A stretch of DNA of 61,865 nt, the filler included, from Chiloscyllium plagiosum (taxonomy: Eukaryota): the NCBI RefSeq assembly GCF_004010195.1. It is 4 parts of one record of this genome, joined end to end, with 100 filler letters (N's around TTAATTAATTAA, not from the genome) between each part and the next. Parts side by side here need not be neighbours in the genome. Positions count along the whole stretch, not along the records: positions 1 to 15,862 come from NC_057717.1; positions 15,963 to 43,104 come from NC_057717.1; 2 more parts are not named here. One strand, given 5' to 3'. Made by a program: the position numbers and the translations under genes. Shown here one piece after another: positions 11,116 through 23,541 of the stretch. How positions within the stretch are numbered: the stretch's first letter is position 1; each line of letters starts with the position of its first letter. A model generated the notes under the pieces. That model did not search any database. It worked only from the letters and a program-made list of their open reading frames with translations, and was not told the DNA's origin.

Positions 11116-14100
11116 GACAAAAGAACAAAGAACAAGACAGCACAGGAACAGACCCTTTGGACTTCCAATCCTGCGCTGATCCAGGTCCTGTAACTAAAGT
11201 TGCCGCCTATTTTGTAAGGATCTGTATCCCCTTGTTCCCTGTTCATTCACGTGTCTGTCTAGATACATCCTAAATGACACAATCGTTCTCGCCCTACGAT
11301 CTCTACGAGCAATGACTTCCAGGCAGCCACGCCGTCCGATTCAAGAACTTTCCACGTATATTTCCACTACACCTTTCTCCTCTCACTTTGAACTCGTGAC
11401 CCATGATAATTGAGTCCTTCAATCTGGGAAAATAGCTTCTGGCTATCCACCCTGTCTCTGCCTCTCATAATTTTGTAGGATGCATCCGGTTCACCCGTCA
11501 AATTTCTTCTTTCCATTGAACACAATCCAAAATAACTCCACCTCTCCTCATTGCTAAGACCCTCCATACCAAGCGTCATCTTGCTGAACCTCTCCTGCAC
11601 CCTCTCCAAATCATGCACATCATTTTGCTATGGTGGTGACCAGAACTGTACGCAGTATTCTCAATGTGTCCGAACCAAGGACTTATACAGCTGTACAGTA
11701 ACCTGCCAACACTTGTGCTCAACATCCCGTCTGATGAAGGAAATATGCCACACACCTTCTTGGTCACTCAACTGACAGCGCTGCAATCTACAGGAAACAA
11801 TGAAAATGAATACTCAGATCTCTCTGTACATCAATATTTTTCCCACGACTTTTCAATTTACTGTAGTTTGCTATTGAATTGGATATTCCAGACTACATCA
11901 CCGCTCATTTGTTAGAATTAACTCCACCTGCCTTTGCGCCCAACTCTCCGATATATCTATGTTCTCTTGGATTCTCGGGCCGTCCCCTTCACGATTTGCT
12001 ACTCCATCAAACTTAGTGTCATCTGTAAACTTGCTAATGAGGCTCCAAACCATCTATGTATATCACAAATAACAGCGGTCCCAGCACGATTCCCTGTGGA
12101 ACAGCACTGGTCAAAGATATCCATTTTCAGATTCTCCCTCCCTCGACTGTTCTCTGTCACCTATCGCCCAACCAGTACTCTATCCATCTGGCTAGAACAC
12201 CCTGAATCCCATGCGATTTTACCTTCTTCATCAGCATACCATGGGGAACATTATGAAATGCTTTGCTAAAGTCAATATATATGACATCTACTCCCCCTCC
12301 TTCATCAATTAGCTTTGTCACTTCTTCAAAGAATTCTATTAGATTTGAAAGACATGACCTTCCCTGAACAAAACAATGCTGCATATAGCAGATTAAGCTC
12401 ATTTTCTTCCATGTGTGTATATGTCCTATCCCTTGTTCTTCAGTAGTTTCCTTACCACTGATGTCAGGCTTACAGGTCTGGAATTACCTGGATTATTCCT
12501 GCTACCTTCTTAAACAACGAGACAGCATTAGCACATCTCCGGTCCTCTGAGGCCTTTCTCGTGTTCAAGGATGCTCCAAAGATACCTGTTAAAGCCCCGG
12601 CCGTTTCTGCTCTTGCTTCCCTTACTAACCTGGGATAGATCCGGTCCGGACCTGGGGACTTGTTCATCTTAATGCCTTTTAGAATATTCCGAACTTCCTC
12701 CTTTCTTATGCCGCCTTGACCTCGACTAATCAAAGATCTATCCCTAACCTCAACATCCGCTAATGTCCCTCTCGTTATGAACACTGATGCAAAGTATTCA
12801 TTAAGAACCTCACCGACTTCCTCTGATTCCACGCATATCTTTCATCCTTTGTTCTCATGTGGGCCAACCTTTTCCCTAGTTACCCTCTTCCCCCTTATAT
12901 GAATAAAAGGCTTTGGAGTTTTCCTTAATTATACTCAGTATGAACATATCATGACCTTTTTGAACCCTCTTATTTCCTTTATTTAAAATTGATCCCACAT
13001 TCGCCATATTCTTCTGAGGATTTGTCTGTCTTGTGTCGCCTAGAACTTATGTACTCATCCCTTTTCCTCTTAGTTAGTCTCACAACTTCACCTGTTATCC
13101 ATGGTTCCCTAATCTTGCCATTTCTCATCCTGATTTTCACAGAAACATATCTCTGCTGAGCTCTACTCAACATCTCATTAGAAGCCTCCCACAAATCGAA
13201 TATACGTTTCCCTTGAAACAGCTGCCCCCAATCAACATTATCCAGCTCCTGCCGAATGTTAGTATAATAGCCTCACCAATTTAGCAGTCATCCTTCAGGT
13301 TCACTCTCGCCTTTGTCCATTAATATTCTAAAAATTATGGAATTCTGATCACTATATTCAAAGTAACCCCCTACTGAAACTTGAACCACCTGGCGGGGCT
13401 CATTTCCCATGTCCAGGTCCAGTGGGTCTCCTTCCCGATTTGGAAGAATGACATACTGATGTGGAAAGCTCTCTTGGAAGCTGCCAACAAATTCTGCTCC
13501 ATCTAGACCTCGAACACTAAATGAATCCCAGTCAATCTTGGGAATATTAAATATCCTATCACCACCACCCTATTGGTTCTACATCTTTCTGTGATCTCTC
13601 TATATATTTTTGCCTCTATCTCACGTTCGCTGTATGGAGGCCTGTTTTCCAGTCCCAACATTGTTACCGCATCTTTCCCATTTATGAACTCTGCCCGTAC
13701 TGCCTCACTGCTCGAGTCTTCCATAGTGTCCTCCTTCAACACAGCTGTGATATCTTCTTTAATCAGTCATGCAACTCCTTCACCCCTTTTACCTTTCTCT
13801 CTATCCCGCCTGAAGCATCAATATCCTGGGAAATGTAGTTGTTAATTATGCCCTGCCCTCAAACAAGTCTCAGTAAAGCAATAACATCATACTCCCAGGT
13901 ATTAATTCAAACACTAAGTTCATCTGCTTTACCTCGGTACCTCTTGCATTAAACAAATGCACCTCAGACCACCATCCCCTCTGCGTTCATCCTCTGCTCC
14001 CTGCCTACTCTACCCTTTCGTCACTTTGACTTCTTTATCCAATTCCTTCCAGGTTTTAGTTACAATCTCCTTGCTGTCCACTAATCTCTTCATTCCATTC

Positions 14101-14130
14101 TCATCTTCTGCCAGATTAACTTAAACCATT
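11116..14130 (-). mobile_element. Decayed CR1 LINE covering most of ORF2 (EN + RT + 3' tail)
   Basis: Fragments ENRPPYSERE...VVIG (EN), KSPGPDRIYPRL, FVQGRSCLSNLIEFFEEVTK...DVIYIDFSKAF (RT), LERVQERFSKM; AAGAACA-type tail at ~11120. Confidence 0.9.
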
Positions 14131-14400
14131 CCTAACAGCGTTTTACATGAAACAATTTCTAACTGTAATCATTTTGAACGGTCAGACAGCATTTAATTAA
14201 ACAAAGGATCCAGACGGAAGAGGTCTAGTTCCAGGGACATAGACAAATTGTCTCGAAGTTCCCTGAAGTACTTGCGACGTTGAACACAGTTTCCCTGTCT
14301 GTGCAGCTATTCACTTTGGAGGATCGACAACAATTTAGACTAAAATCCCTTTGTCTTCAAATAAATCAGACAGAACCCTTTAGAATGGAAAAGGTTTTCA

Positions 14401-14546
14401 GAAACAAGAACGGAAGTGGATGGAAAAGCTCAACAGATCTGTGGGCACCTGTGGCGTGCTGTGTTCTGCCAGACCTGATGAACATTTTCAGCAGTTTTTG
14501 CAATTGTTTTTGATTTATAGCATCAACAGTTCTTTTGGTTTATATT
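14401..14546. mobile_element. Old fold-back PLE-terminus mini-element, family C
   Basis: GAAACAAGAACGGAAGTGGATGGAAAAGCTCAACAGATCTG is inverted against CAGACCTGATGAACATTTTCAGCAGTTTTTGCAATTGTTTT; degenerate TSD TGGAAAAGGTTTTCA / TGGCAACGTTTTCA. Confidence 0.5.
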
Positions 14547-15126
14547 TGGCAACGTTTTCACACTCTGTAAGTTGAACTGTAAAGAGGGGAACTGTGCCTG
14601 CTCTCGAGTGATCAAGCCCACGGAAGTTTTATAGAAATGGTCTGTTTGTATGAATGTGTGCCTGCGTGTTTGAAGATGGAGTGTTTCTGATGACTTGTCT
14701 CACATTTTGAAACAGTTAAGAGCTTCAATTTTCTAAATTCAGCTTCAATTATTTCAATAAATCTTTGACGACAGTAACTTGTCAGAAAATCTGAACAGAC
14801 TCTCAGTGAAACTGGCAGCTTTACTTCCAGGCTGATGGGTAATTTGTTTGTTTTCCTTCCTCACAGTTAATGTAGTGACGATCTTCGTTCTGCTTTATAA
14901 AGATTGTGGATTGTCTCCACGTGTCAATCGTTACCTACAGGCTATGGCTGTAGCGGATCTACTGGTCATGATCCTCGACCTGATATTAAGACACATTCCC
15001 ATTGCTTATCAGGAACATTTTGATTTCCTGAGGTCCATCACTGTGTGTAATATCCAAGCCGTCCTGCTTTATGCAGCCACTGACTGTTCAGTCTGGTTTA
15101 CCATCACTTTCACCTTTGATCGATTT

Positions 15127-16174
15127 AGATAGAAGAATACAGCGCAGTACAGGCCCTTTGGCCCTCGATGTTGCGCCGATCCAAACTAACCCACTATCCT
15201 CCATATACCTATCCAATGCCCGCTTAAATGCCCATAAATAGGGAGAGTCAACCACTGCTACTGGTAGGGCATTCCATGAACTTACGACTCGCTGAGTGAA
15301 GAACCTACCCCTAACTTCAGTCCTATATCTACCCCCCCCTTAATTTAAAGCTATGCCCCGTTGTAATACCCGACTCCATACGCGGGAAAAGGATCACACT
15401 GTCAACCCTATCTAACCCCCTAATCATCTTGTACACCTCAATCAAGTCACCCCTAAACCTTCTTTGCTCTAATGAAAACAGCCCCAAGTGTCTCAGTCTA
15501 CCCTCATACGATCTTCCTTCCATACCAGGCAACATCCTAGTAAACCTCCTCTGCACCCGTTCCAGTGCCTCCACATCCTTCCTATAGTATGGCAACCAAA
15601 ACTGCACACAATATTCCAGATGCGGCCGCACCAGAGTCTTATACAACTGCATCATGACCTCAGGACTCCGGAACTCAATTCCTCTACCAATAAAAGCCAG
15701 TACGCCATATGCCTTCCTCACCGCACTATTTACCTGGGTGGCAACTTTCAGAGATCTGTGTACATGGACACCAAGATCCCTCTGCTCATCCACACTAACA
15801 AGTATCCGACCATTAGCCCAGTACCCCATCGTTTTGTTATTCTTACCAAAGTGAATCACCTCNNNNNNNNNNNNNNNNNNNNNNNNNNNNNNNNNNNNNN
15901 NNNNNNTTAATTAATTAANNNNNNNNNNNNNNNNNNNNNNNNNNNNNNNNNNNNNNNNNNNNCTCACCTTTCCTATTCCTCACCTCAGCCCAAACTACCT
16001 CAGATGGCAAGTCCTCATCCATTGTCCTTTCCACCACTGTAATACTATCTTTGACAAGCAATGCCACACCTCCCCCTCTTTTACCCCCACCTCTGACCCT
16101 ACTAAAACATTTAAATCCTGGAACCTGCAACAGCCAATCCTGTCCCTGTTCTAGCCACGTCTCCGTAATAGCCA
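15127..16174 (-). mobile_element. Young 5'-truncated CR1 LINE inserted in the GPCR exon (middle hidden by gap)
   Basis: Open ORF2 C-terminus YKTLVRPHLEYCVQFW..LERVQRRFTRM and EN segment AITETWL..KRGGGVALLVK; junction duplication (A)TTT at 15123-15126 and 16174-16177. Confidence 0.95.
15907..15918. other. Assembly linker TTAATTAATTAA inside N run (also 43149-43160 and 56555-56566)
   Basis: Identical 12-mer (stop codons in all six frames) centred in three 100-nt N spacers. Confidence 0.95.
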
Positions 16175-17429
16175 TTTGTGGCCATTTGCTGCCAGAAGCT
16201 GAAAAGTAAATATTGCAGTGAGAAAACGGTAGCTGTGGTGCTGGGAACATTGATTGTGTTGAGCATTTAACCCACGGTTAAAGAACATTTTCTGGTATTT
16301 TATGCTCACAGATCGGTATTGGCTGGTGAACGATCCTTGGTTTTGTGAGATAACAATGGATGTACGTGAGTCTCAAGTCTGGGTTACAATCGAGTTCCTC
16401 CACCACATTATAACCCCGGCTCTCCCATTTCTATTCATTCTACTGCTCAATAGTTTCACCATCAGACACATTTTAGTGACGAGCAGAGCTCGCAGGAGAC
16501 TTCAGGCTGACAATAATAGGAACATTCTATGTGACACAGAAATGCAGAGTCGAAAAAGAGCAATTATTTTAATGTTTGTGATCTCGGCCAATTTCATCCA
16601 ATTCTGATCAATGTTAATGGTCTATTCCATATGTTTCCGAATGTATTGGTTTGGGTATAGGTCTGTGTATCTGGATAACTGTCTTATGCAACTGGGATTC
16701 ATGCTGCAGCTCCTCAGTTGCTGCACAAACACCGCAATTTATGCGGTGACCCAGACTAAGTTCAGACAGCAGCTGATGGCTGTGTTGAAATATTCCTTTA
16801 CCTAACTTAGACAAAGCAAACTCTCCCTATGTTAACGGACTGAAGGTAGTCCTGAATGTTCAAACTTATCGCACAGGTTACTGGGACACATTTCAAGATT
16901 TCTATCAACTCAATGCTGTGTGGAAATTACCATTCCACTTACTGGATCTATAACTTCCATTTGTAAATGAGAATAATGATAATTAAAAACAGCCAGGCTA
17001 CAGAATTAACAGCATTTCACTTGTCTTTCTGTTAAAGTAACTGAGCTCAAAAAAAAACTCGGGCCTCAGGGAAATCGGAGGACCTGGGCCAGAATTAGGT
17101 GCTGGGTTTAAAATCACTCTATTTTTGCCTTCACCTCCGGTGTTATCCGCTCTGACTTCGGCTCGGGCAAATCCACATTTCTCCCTTTCTCCATCTTTCT
17201 CAATATATTCGTTCTACTGTCAGAATCTCTCTCTGAATTGATGTCTCCTCCTGTGATTCCCTCCCATTTTCTTGCTTCTCTATCTCTCCTCCTTCGCCCG
17301 TTTTTCTTCACTCTATCTCCCTCTTGCACTATCTATCTATCTCCCAATCTCCCTCTCTGCGAGTTCCCTCACACACTTCATAACTCACTTTATGTAATCC
17401 TTTCTCACTTTCCATTGTAGAGGGAATAG

Positions 17430-19840
17430 AATGGATGACGCACCACAGTCTTCTGCTCGGGGAACAAAACAAGTGTGCAGACTCAGGCTGTTGCTGGGGC
17501 TTGGTCCAAGGCCAACTTAAGGGGCACAGTGGGTGTAGCATCACTGGAGGGCACAATTGTGGGTAGAGGACTGGCCTTTTTTGCAGGAGTACTGTGGGGG
17601 TTCGATAAAGTTCGTTGCCTTGGAACAGTGTGGGAGTGGGTGATCCAGTCGTTGCTAGATTAGAAAAGTAGCTGTTGGATCATCAATCCTTGCAATAGCA
17701 GTAGGTTCAATGTGGGAACTAAGTCAGTTACGAGGACAATACAATTGTGATGGGTCACAGGTCGTTACAACTGATCATGTTGCTTTGAGATCATACTCAT
17801 TTTGCGAGGGATCAATGTGTGATGCAACTGGCCATTCCCAGTGGAATGGTGTGGGGGTGCAGTCGCAGGCCATTGCTGGGGTATCAGAGAGGAAGTTGGG
17901 TTGCAGGCAGTTTCAGGAATAATCACAGTTGTGAATGGGGTCAAAGCCCATATGACAGAACCAAGTGTGGGTGGGGGTAAAAATTGTGATTAATTGAATA
18001 AAGTGAAATAAATGTATTTTGTTAAGTAATAGGCTGGGTTATGGAATAAATTACCTTTATTAAGTGATCAGTGTGAAGCTGGTTCTGAAGGGCTTCACCT
18101 TGGGAATGGTATGATTGGTACCATAGGCCAGTTACTCAGTGAAAACCTTGGGTGTGTAATCACTGGCCATTATGATACCAATTAAAGTGGGGTGAATTCA
18201 TAGGTCATTGCCGGGGGAAAGTGAGTTGGTGAGTCCTCAGGTCATTGTTAGGGCATATTATGGGAGTTGGGTGAAAATCAGTTTCAAGGCGAAACAGATC
18301 TGATTTGGGCTGCTGGCTTTGATTGGGAAAACGAGTGGATATGTGAGCTCAGCTCATTCTTCGGGAATCGTGTGGAAAGGGAAATACAATTGTGCTGGGC
18401 TGTTGGGTTTGATGGGTGAACAGACTGCGGATGGGGCCTCAGACTCTTTCTTGCCGAAAATGTAGGTGTTGCTGAGAGAGTAGAGTGCACATGAGTTCAC
18501 AGACTATTGCTAGGGAGGCAGAGTGAGTGCAGGACAACTCACTGTTGTCAGAGCAACAGTGTTTGAGTGGATGCAAAGGCATTGCCTGGCAATTACTATG
18601 GCGTGAGAATGCAGGCCATTTCTCGGGAAACTGGCTCGGGAAACACATTAGGGTAAGGAGTCCCAGGCTGTTGCTATGGAAGGTATGTGGGTGGGGTAAT
18701 GCCTAGTCGCTGCCAGAGGAACAGGGCGTGGTTGGCAAGAGGCCGTTCAGAGTCGAACAGCTTGGACCACAGACCATTGCTCGAGGTACAGAGTGAAATT
18801 GGGATTTCAGGACGTTGGTCGGAGATTTTAGACGAATTTGTACCAATGACTGTTAGTAGGAGAGCGCTGATGTAGTGGGAAAACTCTTGTTAAGGAAACA
18901 GAGTGAGTATGGATTCACAGATCATTGCTGGCAGAACAAAGTGTTCATTGCCACAAGGCATTTCAAGAGGAACAAAACGTTTTGGAGATATGGGCCGTTG
19001 ACAAGGGAACAGTGGAAGGTGACGCACAAGCTCAGTGTGAGGAGAATGGAGTTAGAGTCGGTACACGGACCATATCTAGAGGACTAGAGTATACGTGAGG
19101 CTGCAGGTTGTTGGTAGGCAAGCAGACTAGGTGTGGGACAACAGAGAGTAGGTGTGGGAGCAGCAGGCCGTTGGTCAGAGAAATTGATGGGTGTTATCCA
19201 CACGACTTTTTTCATTGACATCTGATAAGGGTGGGACCATGGCTGTTGCTAAGGTGCAGGAATGTGGGTGGGGCCCAGACCATTGGTACTGGAACAGAGT
19301 TGATGTGGGACAACTGGACATTGCTGGGCGATCAAAAACAGAAGTTACTGGAAAAGGTCAGCAGGTCTGGCAGCATCTGTGAGGAAATATCTTCTTCAAA
19401 TATTTGGAATGGTCACTGAATCAGAAAAGTTAACAGTGATTTTTCCAGCAACTTTTGATTTTGTTCCTGCTTTGCAGAATCGGCAGTTATTTCTGTTTTA
19501 TTGCTAGGTGATTTGTGGGATCACAAACCATTGCCAATAAACAGAGTGGGAATGAAGCTAAAAGTTGTTAAGGGAACATAGTAGTGGTGAATCAGCAGTG
19601 TGTTACTACGGAAATAGGTCAGTGGTGGGTCCATGATGGTTGTTAATGGGAACACAGCCAGTGTTGGATCATTGTCGGTTAGTACGGAAAATTAATTGAA
19701 TGTGACCAGTGGGCATTAATAGGTAATTAGCCCATCACTAAGTCAACAAATATGATGTGCGACCAGCGTCTGTTAGAAAATGGAGTGGGGATGGCTTGAT
19801 GGAGCATTGCTGGGGAACAGACGGGTATGGTTGGAGACAG
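17430..19840. repeat. Highly degenerate G-rich ~36-38-bp minisatellite
   Basis: Recurrent GGCCATTGCTGGGGAACAGAGTGAGTGTGGGGTCACA-like units; TTGCT anchors at ~18468, 18504, 18542 and 18580. Confidence 0.7.
19333..19499. mobile_element. Fold-back PLE-terminus mini-element, family C
   Basis: CAAAAACAGAAGTTACTGGAAAA is inverted against TTTTCCAGCAACTTTTGATTTTG; TSD ATTGCTGGGCGAT (19320-19332) / ATTGCTAGGTGAT (19500-19512). Confidence 0.65.
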
Positions 19841-20819
19841 TTCACCGTCGATCAGACTGGCTTAAACTCTCACAAGCACATTCACATATGCAGTTGTTAA
19901 GGGTCGTGGACTGACAAAAGATTATTGGGTTTTTGAAATTCTGAAGCTTCATTCAGCAAACCCTGGATTAATACAGCATATTCACACAGCTGGGTCAGGC
20001 TCGAGAACCAACCCCTCCATTATGTTATACTAGTCAGATGTTATGTTTTGGAGCAGGACCACGAACGTGGGATTAATTTGATTGTTCTCGTGCATTTTAA
20101 GAATCAGGAATCTAACAGGGATGAGGAAAGCTCAGAGGGCATCAAAGAATGAAATTTGATGGTAATTTGTGAAACAGTTTAACCGTTGTTGATAATATAG
20201 AACTCACAATGTTTTGACTCTTGCTACACTGCAGTATTTAACAAATAAACTATTTACTGTGCCTGGCCTGGGAGGTAATGTTTGTAGTGAATTATTTCGC
20301 GCAGCTCTAACTCTGTATCTGCTAACTACTGTGTGTTTGATCATTTCTTCCGACTGTCGGTGTCACTGCAAATTTGCTGACATCCTAAATAAACGATTGA
20401 AATGATATGTCCAGATTGACAGAAAGTAAATGGTCAGTGAGAACGAAGCTGAATGGACGCAAAGACGCTGTCAATGGATATGGACATTTTAGGAGTGGAA
20501 AAGGAAAAACTAATTGGAATGTATGTGGGTGTGAATGAGTCACGTTGCTTGGAATACTAAGGAAAATAAATACTTTCTAAATTTGCATGCAGGGAGATTG
20601 TGGGAAAGATGTTATTAGAAATGTAATATAATACCTTTTTGTCGCATTAAGAGACAACGTGAACTTCATGGAGTAACATTTACAGTTCTACAATACATTC
20701 GATACTTTGCTGTCAATCATATGGTATCAGCTAATAAAACAGAGAGAAATATCGGAGACTGAGGTAATGGGGGCGGGGAAGGACAGATGGAGCGTATCGT
20801 AACGTTTCTACATTGTGAA

Positions 20820-21700
20820 AGAGGAAATTCCCCCCTTTGCGCCTATGCCTGTTATCAATCAAGCACCTATTCTGATCTAGTTTTCCAGCTCTTGGCACAG
20901 ATGTAGTAAGCTTTGGACCGATATGCTTTAATTTATTCAGAGTTACTGCTTCTGCCAGCTTTTTAGACAGTGACATACAGGTAAACTCTTTCATCTTTCT
21001 GCCCACTTCTAACCCCCCAAAACCTCCTGCCATCTGATTATTGACTTCTCTAGGAAGGGGAAATGTTTCTCTATCAAACATGCCTGTGTCTCTCAGCGCT
21101 TTGTACATGCCAACCAGGTCCCTCTTCGGGCTTTATGTTTTATGGAAATCAACCGAAGACAATCTAATTATTTCTTTAAACCGAGATTTCTCAAGCCCAG
21201 AGTACATTCTGATGAATCTACTCTGTACATCCTCCAGCGTAAAGCCTCCCTTCCAATAATATGATGACCAGAACTCTATACACTATTCGAACAATGGCTA
21301 AACTTAAGTTACATGCAACTCCATCATAATCTCTCTGCTCTTGTATATAATGGCTCGACTAATAAAGCAATTCTTCTGAACGGTTTTTGAACCTAATCTG
21401 CTATCTTCAAGGATCTGTGTACATCCAGTTTAAGGGTTTTCTGATTCACTGAACTTTCCTGAGTCTCACGATTCAAAATTATAACCTTGTTTTGTTAACC
21501 ATTCTTAACGGGAACGATAGCAAGTATACTTTTATTTCTCCAAAAATGTTTCCTCTCACATTTTCAGGATTACATTTATTTGTGCCTGAAGATAATCTGA
21601 GCTTCTTTTCTCAGGCATTCCTACTTCATTATTTAACTCCAAATCAATCAATTATGTCATTTGTGAGATTGTTGATCATACCTCATATGATCATGTCTCG
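20820..21700 (-). mobile_element. Very old LINE (CR1/L2-like) 3' fragment
   Basis: MYKALR..FDRETFPL and ATGAATCTACTCTGTACATCCTCCAG..GACCAGAACTCTATACACTATTC parallel the CR1 RT C-terminus. Confidence 0.55.
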
Positions 21701-22182
21701 TCCATTCAAGGCGAAGAGTGAAAGATTGATAATCAGGAAGAAAACCATGTGTGATGAAATAAAAGCAGGAAATAAGAGCTGAGGATCATCATATCAGCAA
21801 GGAATTCATTGATGGGCAGAAAGGTCTCCTTGTGCTACTACGTTTCATATCCCAATCTTTGTTTGAAACAGGGGGAGACTTGGGGCAGCGGTCCAAAAAA
21901 TATTTGTTTGAAATTAACCTGTTCATATGCGTTTTCTGTCTCTATTCACCACAGTCCAAAAGTAGCATCTCCACGTCTTGAATGTTTCTAACGATCTCAC
22001 ACCTATAACTTCCAATGGTTAAGAATTCCAAAGGTTCACAGCTGTCTAAGTGAAGAATTCCTTCCTCATCTCAGGATCGAATGGTTCACACCGTTGTCTT
22101 AGACTGCGACTCCTAGTTCTTGTCTTCTGCAAAACCAGAAATATTGGATGTCGGTTTGCTTGCTAAGCTGGAAGTTTCATTT

Positions 22183-22222
22183 TCAGACGTTTCGTCACCA
22201 TATCGGGTAACATCTTCAGTGA
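22183..22222 (-). ncRNA. Intact minimal type I hammerhead ribozyme motif
   Basis: Minus strand UCA-CUGAAGA-U-GUUACC(CGAUAU)GGUGAC-GAAA-CGUC-UGA: full catalytic core, palindromic ACGU stem III, GUC cleavage triplet. Confidence 0.8.
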
Positions 22223-22666
22223 GCCCTTGGACGAAGTACTGCTGATGATTCCTGTTTTCTATTTACATGTTTCTTTGAGTTGGTGATATCATTTCCTGTG
22301 GTAATGTCCTTTCCTATGGTGATACCGTTTTCTGTTATTTTTCTCAGGGGGTGGTTAATGAGGTCCAAGTTAATGCATGTGTTGATAGAGTTCCAGTTGG
22401 AATGTCACACGTCTATGAATTTTCATATGTGTCTCGGTTTGGCTTGTCCTAAGATGGATGTGTTGTCCCAGTCGAAGTGCTGTCCTTCCTTATTTTTATG
22501 TAAGGATATTAGTGAGAGATGGTCATGCTATATTGTGGCTAGTTGATGTTCATGTGTCCTGGTGGCTAGCTTTCTGTCTGTTTGTCCAATGTACTGCTTG
22601 TTACAACTCTTGCACGATATTTTGTAAATGATATTAGTATTAATTGTCTGTATAGTTTCTTTCAAG

Positions 22667-22708
22667 TTCACTGAAGATATTACCCAGTGTGGTGACGAAA
22701 CGTCTGAA
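22667..22708 (+). ncRNA. Minimal type I hammerhead ribozyme motif (first stem II pair mismatched)
   Basis: UUCA-CUGAAGA-U-AUUACC(CAGUGU)GGUGAC-GAAA-CGUC-UGAA. Confidence 0.7.
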
Positions 22709-23218
22709 AATTAAACATTCCGCTCAGCAAACAAATCTACACCCAGAATTTCAAACAGAGTTAAATTTCTTCTTAAAACCAGTAACACTATCCCATACAA
22801 CTAGCCTGTTCAGTTCCATTACGATGTTATGTTTCTATGAGATCCAACCAACGTATTCTTCTAAATTAAAGTCGCACAACTTTGCCGATCCAATCTTTCT
22901 TCAGATGCCATTCCTACCATTCTAGGAATCAGTGTGCTGAACCTTTGCTCGCTGCCTGTAATTGCAATATTATCGTTTCTGAGTCCAGGACACCAAAACT
23001 GCCCAGAATACTCAAGGTAAGGCTCCATAAAGTGCTCAAATGCATTCCTCTCTAATACTCAAACCCCATGGCTATAGAAGGCATCCATTGCATTTGTTTT
23101 CCTTACCTCATAGTGCACTTTCAGCATCGTTATCAGCGCGATACTCTTGCTTAGTTGCACCTCACCTTTTCCTTAACTGCCATCATTCTGCCATATTTTT
23201 GCGACCAAAGTGGATAAA

Positions 23219-23541
23219 GGGCGGCACGGTGGCACGGTGGTTAGCACTGCTGCCTCACAGCGCCAAAGACCTGGGTTCAATTCCCGCCTCAGGTGACTGA
23301 CTGTGTGGAGTTTGCACGTTCTCCCCGTGTCTGCGTGGGTTTCCTCCGGGTGCTCCGGTTTCCTCCCATAGTCCAAAGATGTGCAGGTCAGGTGAATTGG
23401 CCATGCTAAATTGCCCGTAGTGTTAGGTAAGGCGTAAATGTAGGGGTATGGGTGGGTTGCGCTTCGGCGGGTCGGTGTGGACTTGTTGGGCCGAAGGGCC
23501 TGTTTCCACACTGTAGTCTAGTCTAATCTAATCTAATCTAA
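23219..23541 (+). mobile_element. Young full-length tRNA-derived SINE (HE1/V-SINE type)
   Basis: A-box TGGCACGGTGG, B-box GGTTCAATTCC, V-domain TGTGTGGAGTTTGCACGTTCTCCCCGTGTCTGCGTGGGTTTCCTCCGGGTGCTCCGGTTTCCTCCC, CR1-like tail GGGCCGAAGGGCCTGTTTCCACACTG, (TCTAA)n end. Confidence 0.95.

Larger units (their letters stand above)
14867..16805 (+). pseudogene. GPR139/GPR142-like class A orphan GPCR, main coding exon, pseudogenised
   Basis: Splice acceptor TTTTCCTTCCTCACAG ending at 14866; VNVVTIFVLLYKDCGLS..RYLQAMAVADLLVMILDLILRHIP..CNIQAVLLYAATDCSVWFTITFTFDRF | CR1 insert | FVAICCQKLKSKYCSEKTVAVVLGTLIVLS, frameshift, LKNIFWYF..ITPALPFLFILLLNSFTIRHIL..KRAIILMFVISANFIQF*SMLMVYSI..QLLSCCTNTAIYAVTQTKFRQQL. 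Confidence 0.9.
22145..22750 (-). mobile_element. Penelope-like fragment (GIY-YIG 3' part) with inverted termini
   Basis: Minus strand similar to PLE 10500-11000; 22145-22222 and 22668-22750 are inverted copies, each with a hammerhead motif. Confidence 0.85.

Noticed and set aside
15907..15918. TTAATTAATTAA palindrome repeated three times
   Set aside because: Always centred in N runs; an artificial scaffold linker
16302..16805. Two separate small membrane-protein genes
   Set aside because: They are consecutive in-frame pieces of one GPCR pseudogene split by a TGA
23219..23295. tRNA gene
   Set aside because: The A/B boxes belong to a SINE head followed by the V-domain and LINE-like tail
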